From: Eledone cirrhosa
Taxonomy: Eukaryota
Assembly: GCA_964016885.1 (NCBI GenBank)
Contig: OZ024742.1
Span: 134,478,001 to 134,542,000 of the forward strand
DNA length: 64,000 bases
Direction of reading: 5' to 3'
The notes under the pieces are model-generated. The model saw nothing but the letters and a program-made list of their open reading frames with translations. It was not told the DNA's origin and did no database searches. Below, in pieces: positions 12,183 to 25,739 of this stretch. Positions within the stretch are counted from its first letter, which is position 1. Each line of letters starts with the position of its first letter. The position numbers were made by a program, and so were the translations under genes.

Positions 12183-12395
12183 TAGAAAGTGAGGTTTTTT
12201 TTACAAAATGAAAAATAACCGAGGTGTCCTACACGAGTGAAAGTATAAAGAAAAAGAGATGAAATCGAAAATGCAACTGGAGTCTTATTTTTTAAAAAAT
12301 ATATATATATTTATTTGGTTCCTTTACCGGTTTCGCAGTTCTTCTGCTTTTCAAAAGGTGAGTTGAGATGGAGGGTCTGTGATTTTTCTCACATC

Positions 12396-12396
<1 letters not shown>
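12183..12396 (-). mobile_element. Short TA-flanked hammerhead element (family G)
   Basis: Homologous to 48540-48715(+) and more distantly to the 14442-14844 palindrome. Confidence 0.7.
12321..12358 (-). ncRNA. Minimal hammerhead with U3-A8 core
   Basis: CCTT-TTGAAAA-GCAG-AAGAA-CTGC-GAAA-CCGG-TA-AAGG: palindromic stem III ACCGGT. Confidence 0.8.
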
Positions 12397-12456
<60 letters not shown>

Positions 12457-12666
12457 GTATTGGTGCCTCCGAAACACCGATGTATATATGCGAAGTACGT
12501 ATTGTATGTTTAATAATAGAATTCATAGCGAACGGTCTTCAAAATGTTTTTGATTAAACATACAGTATATTATTATAATATATTATAAATATTATATATA
12601 GATATATAAATATATATATATAGATATTATAAATATATATATATAGATATATATATATATTTATAT

Positions 12667-12702
<36 letters not shown>

Positions 12703-14193
12703 ACAGATAGATAGATAGATGAATCTTCTATACACTCATCACGTTGTAACTAAAATTGTAACTAACATTTTAGAGGTGAAAATTTGTTTTAAATATTGTT
12801 CTATATGTTCTGAATAGATTCAAGCTAACCTCACCACACACACACGCAGACAAAGCAATGATATTATTAAAAGTGTAAATATGATGAATATAAAACATCT
12901 CCCCAAGGAGATTATCCTCCCGTACGTAACAACAATTGTAAAGAATAGAATGGAAAATGATATATAAGTGTAGTGAGTCAGAGGTAAGTTGGCGGGGTGA
13001 AGGATAGAAAGATAGATAGAAACATAGATAAAAATATATGGGAATAAATAGAGCGAGAGGGATAGAGATAAACGGGGAGAAAGACAGGTAAACATGTTTA
13101 TAGGTTAAATGTTCAATGTTTGTTGTATAGGCGGAAAAGAAATAGGTGAAGAGAGAAATCAGAGAACTCGATTGAGAGGTTACAGTTTAAGGTAACCATT
13201 TTGACGATCATATTTTGGATTAACTGAAACACAATTATCTAGGGATTATATACCTAAAGTGGTTCGAAATAAATACTAATTATGAATTCTTTTCTTTGAG
13301 GTTACATTCTCTGTTTATTTTGGACTTGAGTTTACTGTGTTTATCCTGTGGCATTTTTCTTTTAAATCATATATTTTATCATCTGTGCATGAATCATGTT
13401 TTTGTGTCTTTAGTAAGTGGACTTGATACCTTCAGTATATTCTATCAAACAATGTAAATAGAAACAGCGACTTTCATTGAAAAACATAGAATCATGCTTG
13501 ACACTTTGATTAATTCCGAAGATAGATGGACCTTTCCATTAGGGAGACTACAACTTTCCTTTCCCCATCTCTCTTTGTAATTTGATGATGTTGCCAAGTT
13601 TCAGGTTTTCTTTAATAATTACGGTTTCTGAGGAAAATTCTTTAGCTATAGAGAATGCCTACAATCTTTTTGTCTACAAACTTTTTCCAGTCTCGGGCTT
13701 TTAATCCTATGATTATTTATTTTACTATGTTGGTTGTACAATCTTGCTAACTGAAACTTTATATCTGTGATTTGGTGGAATTGTCATAGCTGAATCTTGA
13801 AAGGTCTACGTATTTTCGACGTTATATAATGAAAATAATGTGGAGTGACCAAGAATGAATCTCACACATTTTTCTACTTTACCAGTCTCGTGAATAGTGT
13901 GTATTTTATGAGGTTATACCATTGTGCTTTTCGATATCCAAACATTCAGGTCATTTTAAAAATATAGGGTATGCTTACGCAATATAGATTCAATTGTGGG
14001 GATCTTCAATACCATTCAATTAAGGTTCAAGACAAGCATCTTGTATTTGGCATTTGAGTAACTAAATACGTTTCAGAACGGAAAAATATATATTGAGAGA
14101 GAAGAATTGACAAAGAAATAAAAAGACGAATCGACTGCATTACTATACTGGTACTATTTTTTAACTCGGCAATTCTTAAATCATTATTTATAA

Positions 14194-14254
<61 letters not shown>

Positions 14255-14441
14255 TGTGTGTGTGTCTGTGTGTGTGTGCGTGTATGTATGTGTGGCGGTG
14301 GGTATCCGTGTGTTTGTGTGTGTATGTGTGCGCGTGTGCGTGTATATTTATATATATATATATATATATATATGGGTGTGTGTATATGTGTATATATATA
14401 TCTATATAGTTAAAAGAATAGAGGTGTAACACACAAGTTAT

Positions 14442-14834
14442 TATATATTGGTAAACGGAATAGAAAATGCTGACAAATTGTTCACGGTTGAAAAATGGTT
14501 TACTTAGGAATAAAAGAGTATTAGTGATTGTATGGGTTAGTATTCAGTTGTGGTTTTAAGTTTTTAAGTTTTTACCGGTTGCGCATTTCTAAATGCTTTT
14601 CAAAAATAATTTTGAGATAGAGCGTCCGTGTTGATTGCTCTGATCTGAGCAAACAACACGGACACTCTATCTCAAAATTATTTTTGAAAAGCATTTAGAA
14701 ATGCGCAACCGGTAAAAACTTAAAAACTTAAAACCACAACTGAATACTAACCCATACAATCACTAATACTCTTTTATTCCTAATTAAAACATTTTCAACT
14801 GTGAACAATTTGTCAGCAGTTTCTATTCCGTTTA

Positions 14835-14844
<10 letters not shown>
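14442..14844. mobile_element. ~400-bp near-perfect palindrome, family G-related
   Basis: Arms are symmetric about ~14643. Each arm carries TTT-TTGAAAA-GCATTT-AG-AAATGC-GCAA-CCGG-TA-AAA (14570-14606 on -, 14681-14717 on +). Confidence 0.85.
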
Positions 14845-14892
<48 letters not shown>

Positions 14893-14895
<3 letters not shown>

Positions 14896-15680
14896 CGTTT
14901 CTGAATTTGTTTAGCAAGATTCTTTATCTGAAAACGTATGTTGAAACCGATAGTGTTATACTTTGGGTGGGCTATGTTGCCAATAAAAATACACGCACCA
15001 GTTGCATTCACTTCAATTTATTATAAATTTTCGGTTGGTTTGTTGGTTCCACAACCGGATGGTCGTTCATATATTGTCAGAGTTCTTTTGCCACACATTA
15101 TGTGAACTCTTCAGTGACTAGGGATACTTTTCTGTGTTTTGTGTCTCTCCTTTATTCTGTCCTACGCCAAGTTCTTTTTGTGTGTGTTGTGTGCTTAGTT
15201 TGCGCATGTGTTACATCCGGGTGTATGTGTGTGTTTTTATTTGTTTATTTATTTGTTTATTTACATGTTGCTAGCTAGTTGTGTGTGTGTTTTCCTTTTA
15301 TCCTTAATTGTAAGTTGTGATGTTGCTATTCCATTCATGTTTTCTATTTAATTTGGTTGGAGTTCATTTATGTTTATTGCCTCTGTGATTTGTCTAAACA
15401 TTGCGTCTTTTCTGTGTGTAGATTCTATTTTTATTTCTATGTTCTCTAATCTGCCCTCATGTTCTATTTTAGCATGTTGGTGGAGTACTGATGAGTCTTT
15501 TCTATCTTGGAGTTCTCGCCAGTGTTCATTTAATGCTTCTCCTATGCTACGAGCTGTCTCACCTATGTACATTATATTCTTATTTTTACATTGTCCCTCA
15601 GTACATCTTATGCTATATACTATGTTTCTAGTATTACAGTTAATATAGGAGCTTAGTTTACAGATTATGCATTTCCTTAG
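14893..15680 (-). mobile_element. Penelope-like element 3' fragment (GIY-YIG + pLTR, family H)
   Basis: YIGETARS..EH..SSVLHQH..ITEAINI in ORF 15348-15572. HHR at 15076-15118(-) has GAAA mutated to AAAA. Same family as 62290-63640. Confidence 0.88.
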
Positions 15681-16238
15681 TTTTCCTATCTGCTTCGTAG
15701 AATCAAGTCGTATCTGAGGACCTTGCGGTTTTCAGAGTCATGTTGGATCATCACATCGATTGTGCCTCGATTGTAATATGTCCAATAAATCCCATTCGTC
15801 ACAACACTGATTCTCTTGTTTTATGTACACATATATATATATATATGTGTGCGTGTGCCTGTGTCTATATGTGTGTATGTATATGTTTATATGTGTATAT
15901 GAGTGTGTATTTCTGTGCGTGTGTGTGTGTGAGAGTGAGGGCATATGTGTGTGCGAGTGTGATTGTAGGCACCTGGCCATTTCAGCGGAGCTACAAATGA
16001 GTAGCCATTGTTAGCTTAAGTGAACCTCAAACATCAGGAGTGCCCCCCCCCCTCAAGTCTGAACCTGTCGATAGAACTCTTTCTGCCTTTCTTACTCTAA
16101 ATGTAGTTTTTAAAGAATTCCCTTTTCTTTAAATCTATCAAACAATGAGCTCCAACAATCCCAATCACCACACCTCCTACCACTGGAAAAGGTATAAATA
16201 CCACCATATTACTTGGACAGAATATATATATATATATA

Positions 16239-16556
16239 TAGGAAAAGTATGACCACGACGGCAGAGCTCAAGCCGTTTCGACGGCTATTTCTGGACTAAA
16301 TTAGAATTTTTAGCCTGGTGAATAAATACCCGAATTTGACAATTACAATCTTCCCATATAAGGAAGTACCTCCTTGAGAAGTCGGCGATTTGTTGATCAG
16401 GCTTAAAATTCTGATTTAGTCAAGAAATAGCCGTCAAAACGGCTTGCGCTCTGCCGTCGGGGTCATACTTTTTCCTATTTGCCACTCTACTACCCTAGGT
16501 ATTGAGTACTCTGGTGCGTTATGGTCCATCTGGTTCCTTACCACAACTCCTTTGTT
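16239..16556 (+). mobile_element. TA-flanked fold-back element with hammerhead (family I)
   Basis: 16239-16317 is inverted relative to ~16398-16477. A partial copy lies at 16745-16823. Confidence 0.75.
16370..16462 (+). ncRNA. Hammerhead with U3-A8 core, long stem II (G12A in this copy)
   Basis: CTCC-TTGAGAA-GTCGGCGATTT..AAATAGCCGTC-aAAA-CGGC..GCCG-TC-GGGG. The inverted arm and the ~16780 copy retain GTCGAAAC. Confidence 0.7.
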
Positions 16557-16819
16557 ATATATATATATATATTTCGTTTCTGAATTTGTTTAGCAAGATT
16601 ATTTATCTGAAAATTTGAGTTGAAACCGATATTGTTATACTTTGGGAGGGTCATGTTGCCAATAAGAAACACAGGCACCAAATTCCTCACATGTTGCTGT
16701 TCCATTCATGAATGGAACAGCAACATCACAACTTACAACCTCACCAGGCTAAACATTCTAGTTAGTCCAGAAATAGCCGTCGAAACGGCTTGAGCTCTGC
16801 CGTCGGGGTCATACTTTTT

Positions 16820-16939
<120 letters not shown>

Positions 16940-18159
16940 TAAATATATTAAATATATATTTGTATATACACCAATAAACATAATCACAAAAGTTCACATT
17001 CAGACATACACATGCACGGATTATCTTTACATATTTGATAAAAATATAAGTTGTGTTTCGATGAATTTTTCTGAAAGTTCGCAAGAAATACAAAGAAAAT
17101 AGTAGATACGTTTAGAATTTATTTGGTGAAAAATTAAAAGTCTACCGCTGCAGATTTTATATTAGTGAGTATAATGTATAATGTTTGATTAGTTGGGAGA
17201 GATACAAATGAATATGATTAATTAAAACACTCTACTGTAATTAATCTAATTAGATATTCGTATATGGTCTATTACGTTAAGTAGATAATTGAGAAATTAT
17301 ATTTTTAAGTATATGTCATAATTCAATATTTAATCTGTAAATACAATTACATAAAATTGTGTTCTTCTATTTATCAATCAATTATGAATCACAAAACTAC
17401 TATCCGTTTAGGTGATTGGTGTGCAGCAAGCCATTTATCTACTAGATATAGGAACTCAATTTGAATATTGATATCAATAAGCAATATCATTTATATATTT
17501 AATTCATTGTTCTTTCAAATGTGTCATTTTAAACATACATATATAGGCTCGGATGTTTTTGGAAACAATGGGATACATAGAATATTAGAAATATATTTAC
17601 ACGCAGAGGTATGAAATATGCTCGTATAAATCAATGTTTTTTCATGTGCGATACATTCAAATATCCTTTACATTGTTTGTAATGTTTGCATCAGAAATGA
17701 AGTTAAAACGTTGTAAATGATATTTAATTTCAAATACAAATATTAATGCATACATAATTTACAAATCGTTAAAACTATCTTTATGTATTTTAAGCTTACA
17801 CCACAATTACATGAAATTAATTTCAAAATATTAACGAACAACTCATGTTTTTGCGAACGTAACCCTCGTAGACCTATTTATATTTGTAATCTTATTTTCG
17901 ATATGAAAATTATGTTTATGCACAGAAAAAATCAACATATAATAAGATTAATGCAATCGTATGTAAAATATTCACGAAACAAATGGGTTGAGGTAACAGC
18001 AGGAAAAACGATAATATATATTATCAAACATCGTTAATGGTATGTTAAACACTCCTAAAAAATGTACAGAAACAAAATATCGAAGAGATATTCATCTTAA
18101 ACAGCTGTATTTTTTTTATCACATTAAGTAATATCTTTCCCATGTTTTTAGTACAAACA

Positions 18160-18960
18160 TCATCATTCAACATCATTTTGCGTCCGACTTTCCTTGCTTG
18201 CAAATGTAGGACGGGTCCTTTTCCGCACATCATCATTCCCTTCGTCATCACCTCTGTGAGCTTCAGCGATCTGAGGTCAGCTCTAACCACCTCCACCCAT
18301 GTTTTTTGTAGTCTTCTCTACTGCGTCTTCCTTCGACTGGGAATACTTGGCACTTTTTCACCCAGCGGTCATCTTTCATGCGCATCACATGGCCATACCA
18401 ACACATACTTCTCTCCTGTACACTACATTTTATTCCTCTTATACTTAGTTTCACTCTCAACTCGTTCATTTTTGGTCGTTCACGGACATTGAACTAGCAC
18501 ATCCAGTGGAGCATGCTTTTCTTCGTTTTCCTCCATCTTTTATATATCCTCCGCATACACTGTCCATGTCTCACTAGCATGCAGCATCGCGCTGCTCACA
18601 TAGGCATCATATCACCGACCTTTCATTCGTAGGCAGATACCCTTCTTAGTCAACAGAGGAAGCAGCTCTCTAAACTTCTTTCATCTGGTCCTTATCCAAG
18701 AGCATCCTCTTCCCTCGCTAATTTGATCATCTAGACATCGGAAGCTATCAACCACCTCAATAGATTCTTCCTGCGTTTGAGAAATGTGTTTATCACAGAA
18801 ACTTCTACTATCAATTTTCCCTGAAGATTTTCCCTGAAGATTTCCTTTCCTGTTAGTTTGCCTGCTATCCTGCTACACATCTTGAGTACCCAATATCTGA
18901 ATTGTGTACATTCTTTAAAGTTTATGTCAACTCCTTTTCTACATATCGGGCATGGAATCA
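18160..18960 (-). mobile_element. Degenerate RTE-type LINE 3' fragment
   Basis: ELRVKLSIRGIKCSVQERSMCWYGHVMRM..VEGRRSR C-terminus and an (ATG)n-type tail. Confidence 0.75.
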
Positions 18961-19009
18961 ATCCTACAAAAAGAATATGGCGCTAAAATGTGTATGCTGC
19001 TAGAAAAAT

Positions 19010-19985
19010 AATAGCAATGTTGATGTTCTTTTGTCTTGGTGCCTATAATTCGTTTTCTGGTTTAGGAAGCGGTTTTTGAACTTACCTTCCGACATTGCTA
19101 TAGACGTCCTGATATTCTGCTACACATTCAGTTGGATGGAAGTTACCTAAGATACATATACAATTACGGCTGTGTTTAGGCCTACTAAACGTTGAGTTAA
19201 CGACATGAGTTTTTCTGGATTTTCCATTTATTGGAAAAGTCCGCAAAGGTTTCCTTAAGGGACCAGATATGATTTGCGAACATTATGGCTGTTCGAATAT
19301 CATGGTGTTTAAAAGTAGTTTCATGGTACAGGAAGCAGTTTGAGGCGACTTTCCAGCTCACCCGAATAAATTCTGATATCCTTCTGCTGATTCGGTTGGA
19401 TGGAGTTCACCTCGGTGTCAAATGCCACCGTGAATTGCACTGAGTATACAGAGGTTTAGACTTTCTTCATAAACGCACTAGGATTGGTGAACTGGGATTT
19501 CATGACCTCGAAACAGGAGTTGACAATTTTCAATATATGTTTTTTGTTTCCGATCCGGCCTTTCATCGATTTGGTACATGACTAGAACATATTCACTGTA
19601 TTTTGGCCAAACTTTGGTCTATACATAGGGATGTGCTTCTCAATAATCGCATTGTCCTTATTTACCCCAACATCTGGATAGATAGTATATATTGTTTTAA
19701 CACGCAAGCTGGTTTTGACTTACTAAAGAGACTGTATATCTCAATTAATCAATATATCAAAAAGCATTATGACGCAGATGTATGTTAATTCATATCGAAA
19801 TAATTTTCTTCTAATCCACCCTTCAACATTTCTAGTTATATATGCTGTTTTCTCAGCGTCTGAACACGTAGATGGCTCCCAAGTACCAATAGCTGTTGGG
19901 AGATTGTATTAGGAACATTAACATCATGTTTGCCCTCAAATGGCACTATATTGTGTGTCTTGCCTTTTTGGGGGATATTCAAACT
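19010..19985 (-). mobile_element. Highly degenerate Penelope-like remnant with two GIY-YIG-like segments
   Basis: Manual minus-strand translation gives FGQNTVNMF*SC (cf. FNRNTVKVSYSC), HETTFKH..ANHIWSLKE..KWKI, and a second SIAMSEGKFKNRFLNQKTNYRH. Confidence 0.6.
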
Positions 19986-20072
19986 CCTATTTAGGACAGC
20001 ACTGTCTTACATATCTTACTACAAATATGGAATACGTGCATATATTCTTGAAATAAATGTGCGTAGCAATTA

Positions 20073-20135
<63 letters not shown>

Positions 20136-20232
20136 TAGAAAGAGAGAGAGAGAGAGAGTGTGAGAGAGAGAGAGAGAGAGAGAGAAAGTGATACATAGAT
20201 AGATATGTACATATATATTTGTTTTCATATGC

Positions 20233-20275
<43 letters not shown>

Positions 20276-20659
20276 CACACACACCTATTTGAGTGTAATA
20301 TGTAAGGGTTCTGTGTGTGCGTACGTCTATTAGAACAGGGACCTGTGTATATTTGTCCGCGTTTTTATGCATGTATATCTTGCAATTATTCTTGACTTTA
20401 CTTTTTCTCTTCTTGCTGTTATAACAATGAATGTGATGCGCGGTCAAAGTTCAGATTGCTTTTGGCATTGAGTGCTGGGCAGTGAGTTAGGAGGGATATG
20501 CACATGTCTTCATTTGGGACACTATAGATGCAAAATGGAACATATCTACTGACCGATGAAGAATATGTCGTATATTATTCTCCCTATCTATCAGCTTCTC
20601 ACCGGAAATTTGGAATACATTGACAGCAAGTTTATATACATACATATATATAAATATAT

Positions 20660-20811
<152 letters not shown>

Positions 20812-22629
20812 ATAGATATACATGCAATTACAGATATGTATATTGGTTAGTGCGATGTGTGTATATCTAAACTCACGTTATTTACTTTTGACAGTTCATG
20901 CATGATTTTAGAGAGAGAGGGGGAATATGAGAGAGATATTGAGATTATATGTGTGTATGTACGTATATATAGACATATATATATATATATATATATATAT
21001 TCATGCAATCACATCCACTCGAAGAAATACATGTGTATGTGTTTGTGGAGGGCGTGTGTGACAAAGTCTCTGTCACTGTCGAAGTTCCCTGAACCCATTT
21101 TTCATTCTGCTTTACGAAATTTCTTTTTCCTTGCATTATTTTATTTAATTACTTTGTTTTCCTTCGTTTGTTTTTATTGCTTTCTTTTTCGCCTTATTAT
21201 TTATCTCTTCATGTGTGTTTTATAATTCTGTTCAAAATATTTTGTCATCCTTGCTTGTCAAATATCTATAAATACTGCAATGATTCAGTGATTGTGAGGT
21301 TGGAGGTGCAAGTAGGTATGGTAACTAGGTTTCGTACTTTGGTGATGGATGAACTGTCGTGTGGAGCATATATGTCGGAGTTTTTATGGCGACAATATTA
21401 GTGAATGCTTAGTGTATGTATCTTGTTTCTTTTGTAATATTTGTTTGTGTGTGTAGTGGTCGGTCAGCTGTCAATTCTTCGTATAAAAGTTGTGGGGTTT
21501 CAGCTGTCAAGTTTAGAGATATATTTGGATCATGCTTTATTTCTATGTGTATGTTGTAAGGTAGGAATGTGTGTGGCGGTTGTATGAAGACGTATCAGAT
21601 ATGGAGATAATTATTATTGTTTAAGGATACTATAAGCTTTTGTACTAACATATCTCTATAAAATGTCCCTAGTAAAACAGTCATAATTTTCCGTGCGTTT
21701 GCGGAATAATCTTAAATGTATTCTAAATTAATCCGACCGTGACTATCCATTTGTTTCACTTGTAACATAAGTAAGTGTAACTTAGGCAATGATTCTTCTT
21801 TTCCATATTACCTTTCGTTTTTCAGTACCTCATTCGAGGGAGTTAGAGATATTACTTTTTATATGTCAAGTGAGCAGCATGGAGTTTCTTCGTTGGTTCG
21901 TCTTCATAGATACATTTGATGGTATTGATGTTAGTGATGTAAGTGCGTTGGCTGGAGATGATTTTTTCTCCCCAGCGTTAGCTCGGTCCTGATTCAACAT
22001 GCCTGACACTAAAGCCATTCTAGATTTTTACAATCCCATATCTAATTTTATATCGCTATATAGAGACCTATATTTTCCAAAGTATTATTTAATTTCAACA
22101 CGGATTGCTTGATATTATTGTTTAGCTACAGTTTCTAGCAGATGAGAACGACAGTTTAGAGGCTCAAGATTTGATTGGATTGTTTTCTTCTTTAGTCACT
22201 GCTTAATCATGGTCAAGCAACCTGAGATTAATGCCATTTTCTTCGTAAACCTCCAGACTTATATTTTCAAACATATTATTTCCTATGAATATTTTGCTCT
22301 GTGAATCATTCTTTTTCTTAAGCGGAATGTGAGGATATGTGGGATATTTACTGGCGATTTCTAGCCCGTTATATTACGACCTAGAAGCTGTACTCTGTAA
22401 TATTACATTTTAGTGCGACATGCACTAGTAATTTTTAAATTATTTTACTGTCTTAATATTAAAAGTTAAACACATAATTGTGGATGTTGGAACATGTATG
22501 TGCTGCAGAATAATATCTTTGTCGTATTGATTATGCACTTGTTGAATTTATCTTCTACTTATTCATTTCTTTGTTGCTTTAATTGTAATTGTTGCGTGCA
22601 CTATTTCTCCCTCATCCTGTACAACATAT

Positions 22630-22885
22630 TGTACAACAATAACAATAACAACAACTTCTACTACTACAAGTGATGCTGATGATTCTACTACTACTGCGAC
22701 TACTACAACTACTAATACTAGTACTGATGCTGATGCTTCTACTACTGCTACTACTACTACTACTACTACTACGACTACTGCTGCTGCTGCTGCTATTATT
22801 ACTACTACTACTACTACTACTACAGGTGCTGCTGCTGCTACTGCTACTACTACTACTACTACTACAGGTGCTGCTGCTGCTGTTG

Positions 22886-22954
<69 letters not shown>

Positions 22955-22995
22955 GTACTACTACTATTACTACTACTACTGATTCTACTGCTGCC
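22630..22995. repeat. (CTA/CTG)n trinucleotide microsatellite
   Basis: Direct inspection. Confidence 0.95.
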
Positions 22996-23547
22996 CAAAA
23001 TTCACGCGAGGGTTTTAGTTTTTATTAACTTCCTGAAATGTAAAGATTGATGTATGAAATGTTGATACAACTTAAAGGACATAATGCACATTATTTTGCA
23101 CCCGTCCATCCTTGTCACACCTCTACATTACTAAATATTATAAAATAAATATATATATATATACAGTTGCAAGCCCTGTGTGACTTTTGGACCACACTGT
23201 ACTACTACTACTGATACTGCTGCTAATGCTGCTGCTGCTGCTGTTGCTACTCTTAATACCACGTGATAGTAGTATAAATAGCTGTATTGGACATTATGGT
23301 AATAGTTAAATTTCTTGTTTATCTCCTTACTAAATTTTCACCATTTCGCTGTTTTGTGTATAAGAAGGAATGCTATATATTAAGCTATTTACATCTTGGC
23401 TTACTTTTCCAATGATTTTGTATGTATGTTTGCTTCTTTGTATTATTATTCTTTAAATCGACTACAACTGAAACTCCAAATAATATATCCATACGCACAA
23501 CATGCACAAATATAACATCACCTCTCACATGAGTAATCACACAAACG

Positions 23548-23586
<39 letters not shown>

Positions 23587-23615
23587 CAAATATTAAGCAA
23601 GCAAACAAATTCATG

Positions 23616-23809
<194 letters not shown>

Positions 23810-23811
23810 AA

Positions 23812-24232
23812 TATAAATTTCGCGAGAATCGCATTTCGGCGGGTAGAAATTAGCGAAACGCAACTTCCGTATTGTGCAGACAAGCGCTCCATGGATATGA
23901 AGGAGAAGATACCAGAGCTATAAACATAAGTTAAAATGGTCATACACGCTGAGACGATTATTAAGAAGCCATTAACCACCTTACCCAAAAAAGCGAACAA
24001 GCTAAACGGGTCAAACAAAATAAGATATGATTGAAATAGTTACCCGGACCCTCGGGGAAGATGGAATACACCGAAATTGGGTTTCTGAAACACCTAAATC
24101 AATAATACTGTCTGCTTATAAAAAATAAGGTTTTGGTATATTGATCGAACAAGGCATCGCTTTCTCAACAGGTTTTTGTTCATCGTGCGCCAGAATCTCA
24201 CAGGTTATGAAAGCACATGTGAGGTTCTAAAT
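23812..24232 (-). mobile_element. Short hammerhead element (family J)
   Basis: Homologous to 31520-31937(+). Both 3' ends stop at the same position against (TA)n. Confidence 0.7.
24042..24173 (-). ncRNA. Hammerhead with U3-A8 core and large stem II
   Basis: ACCTG-TTGAGAA-aGcGATGCCT..AGGTGTTtCa-GAAA-CCC..GGG-TC-CGGGT. Confidence 0.75.
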
Positions 24233-24274
24233 GTGTGTGTGTGTATGTGTGTGTGTGTGTATGTGTGTGTGTGT

Positions 24275-24311
<37 letters not shown>

Positions 24312-24474
24312 CATGTGTGTGTGTGTGTGTGTGTGTATTGAGCAATGAAAATAATATAAAAGTCAGAGATGGGTAGCTAATTAGTTCATTGATTTACCAT
24401 TATGTCAGACGTTTGATTTATCATTTGAGATCGATATATCGAACACAAGATAATGTTTAGGCCGCTACATATTT

Positions 24475-24580
24475 CTACACTCGAAATCCTGTGTCAGTTC
24501 CATCGTCTTCTTTAGAACCCAAAACTATGATGTTATTTGCGATATATTTATATTTAGATGCAGGAATAATCGGCTCGGGT
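24475..24580 (-). CDS. Candidate terminal host-gene exon
   Basis: Strong acceptor gtttctatttcttccccacttggcag, then PEPIIPASKYKY..GFRV* (or TRADYSCI* in phase 0). No recognised homology. Confidence 0.25.
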
Positions 24581-25192
24581 CTGCCAAGTGGGGAAGAAAT
24601 AGAAACACGTAGATGCATAAACAAATTAGGAAGAGAGATAATTGGAGTAGTAAGCATATAATAGTGTGTAAATTAAATAAGGATATCATATATATATATA
24701 TATAAACCGTATTAGATTGTGACTTCCCTATAATAGTCATAAAAGTAATGGATGAAATTACGTGTACGAGACATATATATGTATGTATGTATATATGTAT
24801 GTACGTATGTATGTATGCATGTATACAATATTGCCTTGTTTACTTCCAAGTCAGATTCTCCATAAACGTTTTTGGTTTTGAAGGACGTCCCTCAAATAAA
24901 TGCCATTTCTTTGATGATATATTTCAATGCAGAATATTTTCTTAATTTCATACTTTGCGCCAATGTGTGTTTTCCGTATGATATGAACTTCTTTTATCCT
25001 TTGACCTGAAGCGTACATCTGAAAATATATCTAAACATTTATCTCACCATTTATTTACATAAGTCAATAGCAAATATATCAATGATAGATCTAACTATAT
25101 ATCGCGTTATTTGTCCATCTATCTATCTATTTCTTTCTCTCTCTCTCACTCTCGCACTCTCTCTCACCTCCCTCCGTCTCTCTCTCTCTCTC

Positions 25193-25257
<65 letters not shown>

Positions 25258-25309
25258 GCACTTTGATATATATATATACATATATATATACACAGACACA
25301 CACACACAT

Positions 25310-25375
<66 letters not shown>

Positions 25376-25384
25376 GGAGCGAGC

Positions 25385-25680
25385 TGAAGATAGAGATACA
25401 ACCAACCGTGGAACAGGACGTTACTGTGTGCTTCCAAAGGTCCCGTTTTACACATCTAGAATAAGGAGCAGATATTGCGATAGGCTTGCGTTCAAGGGCC
25501 CTCAACTCTTCACCAAGCTGCCGAGGGATGTGAGAGATCTCGAAACATCTCGAAACCTTGCTATCCAAGATCCCGGATGAGCCCACCGCAAGGCACGAGG
25601 GAAACCTAAGGGCAGCAGCAACGAACTCCTTGTTGGCCAAACAATACAGGCTGGAGATAAAATGTGTTGCAACAAGGGCG
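25385..25680 (+). mobile_element. CR1/L2-type LINE 3' fragment
   Basis: RTGRYCVLPKV..FKGPQLFTKLP..LSKIPDEP..RAAATNSL C-terminal motifs. Confidence 0.65.
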
Positions 25681-25739
25681 GAACCCCAGCATTCCCTAGG
25701 CCGGGTGGCTGGAACAGGTCAACTCGGCAAAGTCGGAGG

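Noticed and set aside
15715-15760. Minus-strand GTGATGA..GAAA-ACC-GCAA-GGT
   Set aside because: Stem II is absent and the core is imperfect.
20549-20594. CTGA-CCGATGA-AGAAT..ATTCT..TA-TCAG
   Set aside because: Stems I and II pair but the GAAA core is missing, so at best a decayed relic.
21000-22330. Possible PLE N-terminal remnant on the minus strand (KMALISGCLTMIKQ)
   Set aside because: Similarity is too short and disrupted to support a call.
23850-23878. Plus-strand GAAA-CG..CG-TA half-hammerhead
   Set aside because: The complete HHR of this element is on the minus strand (24042-24173), and the homologue at ~31880 does not conserve the motif.
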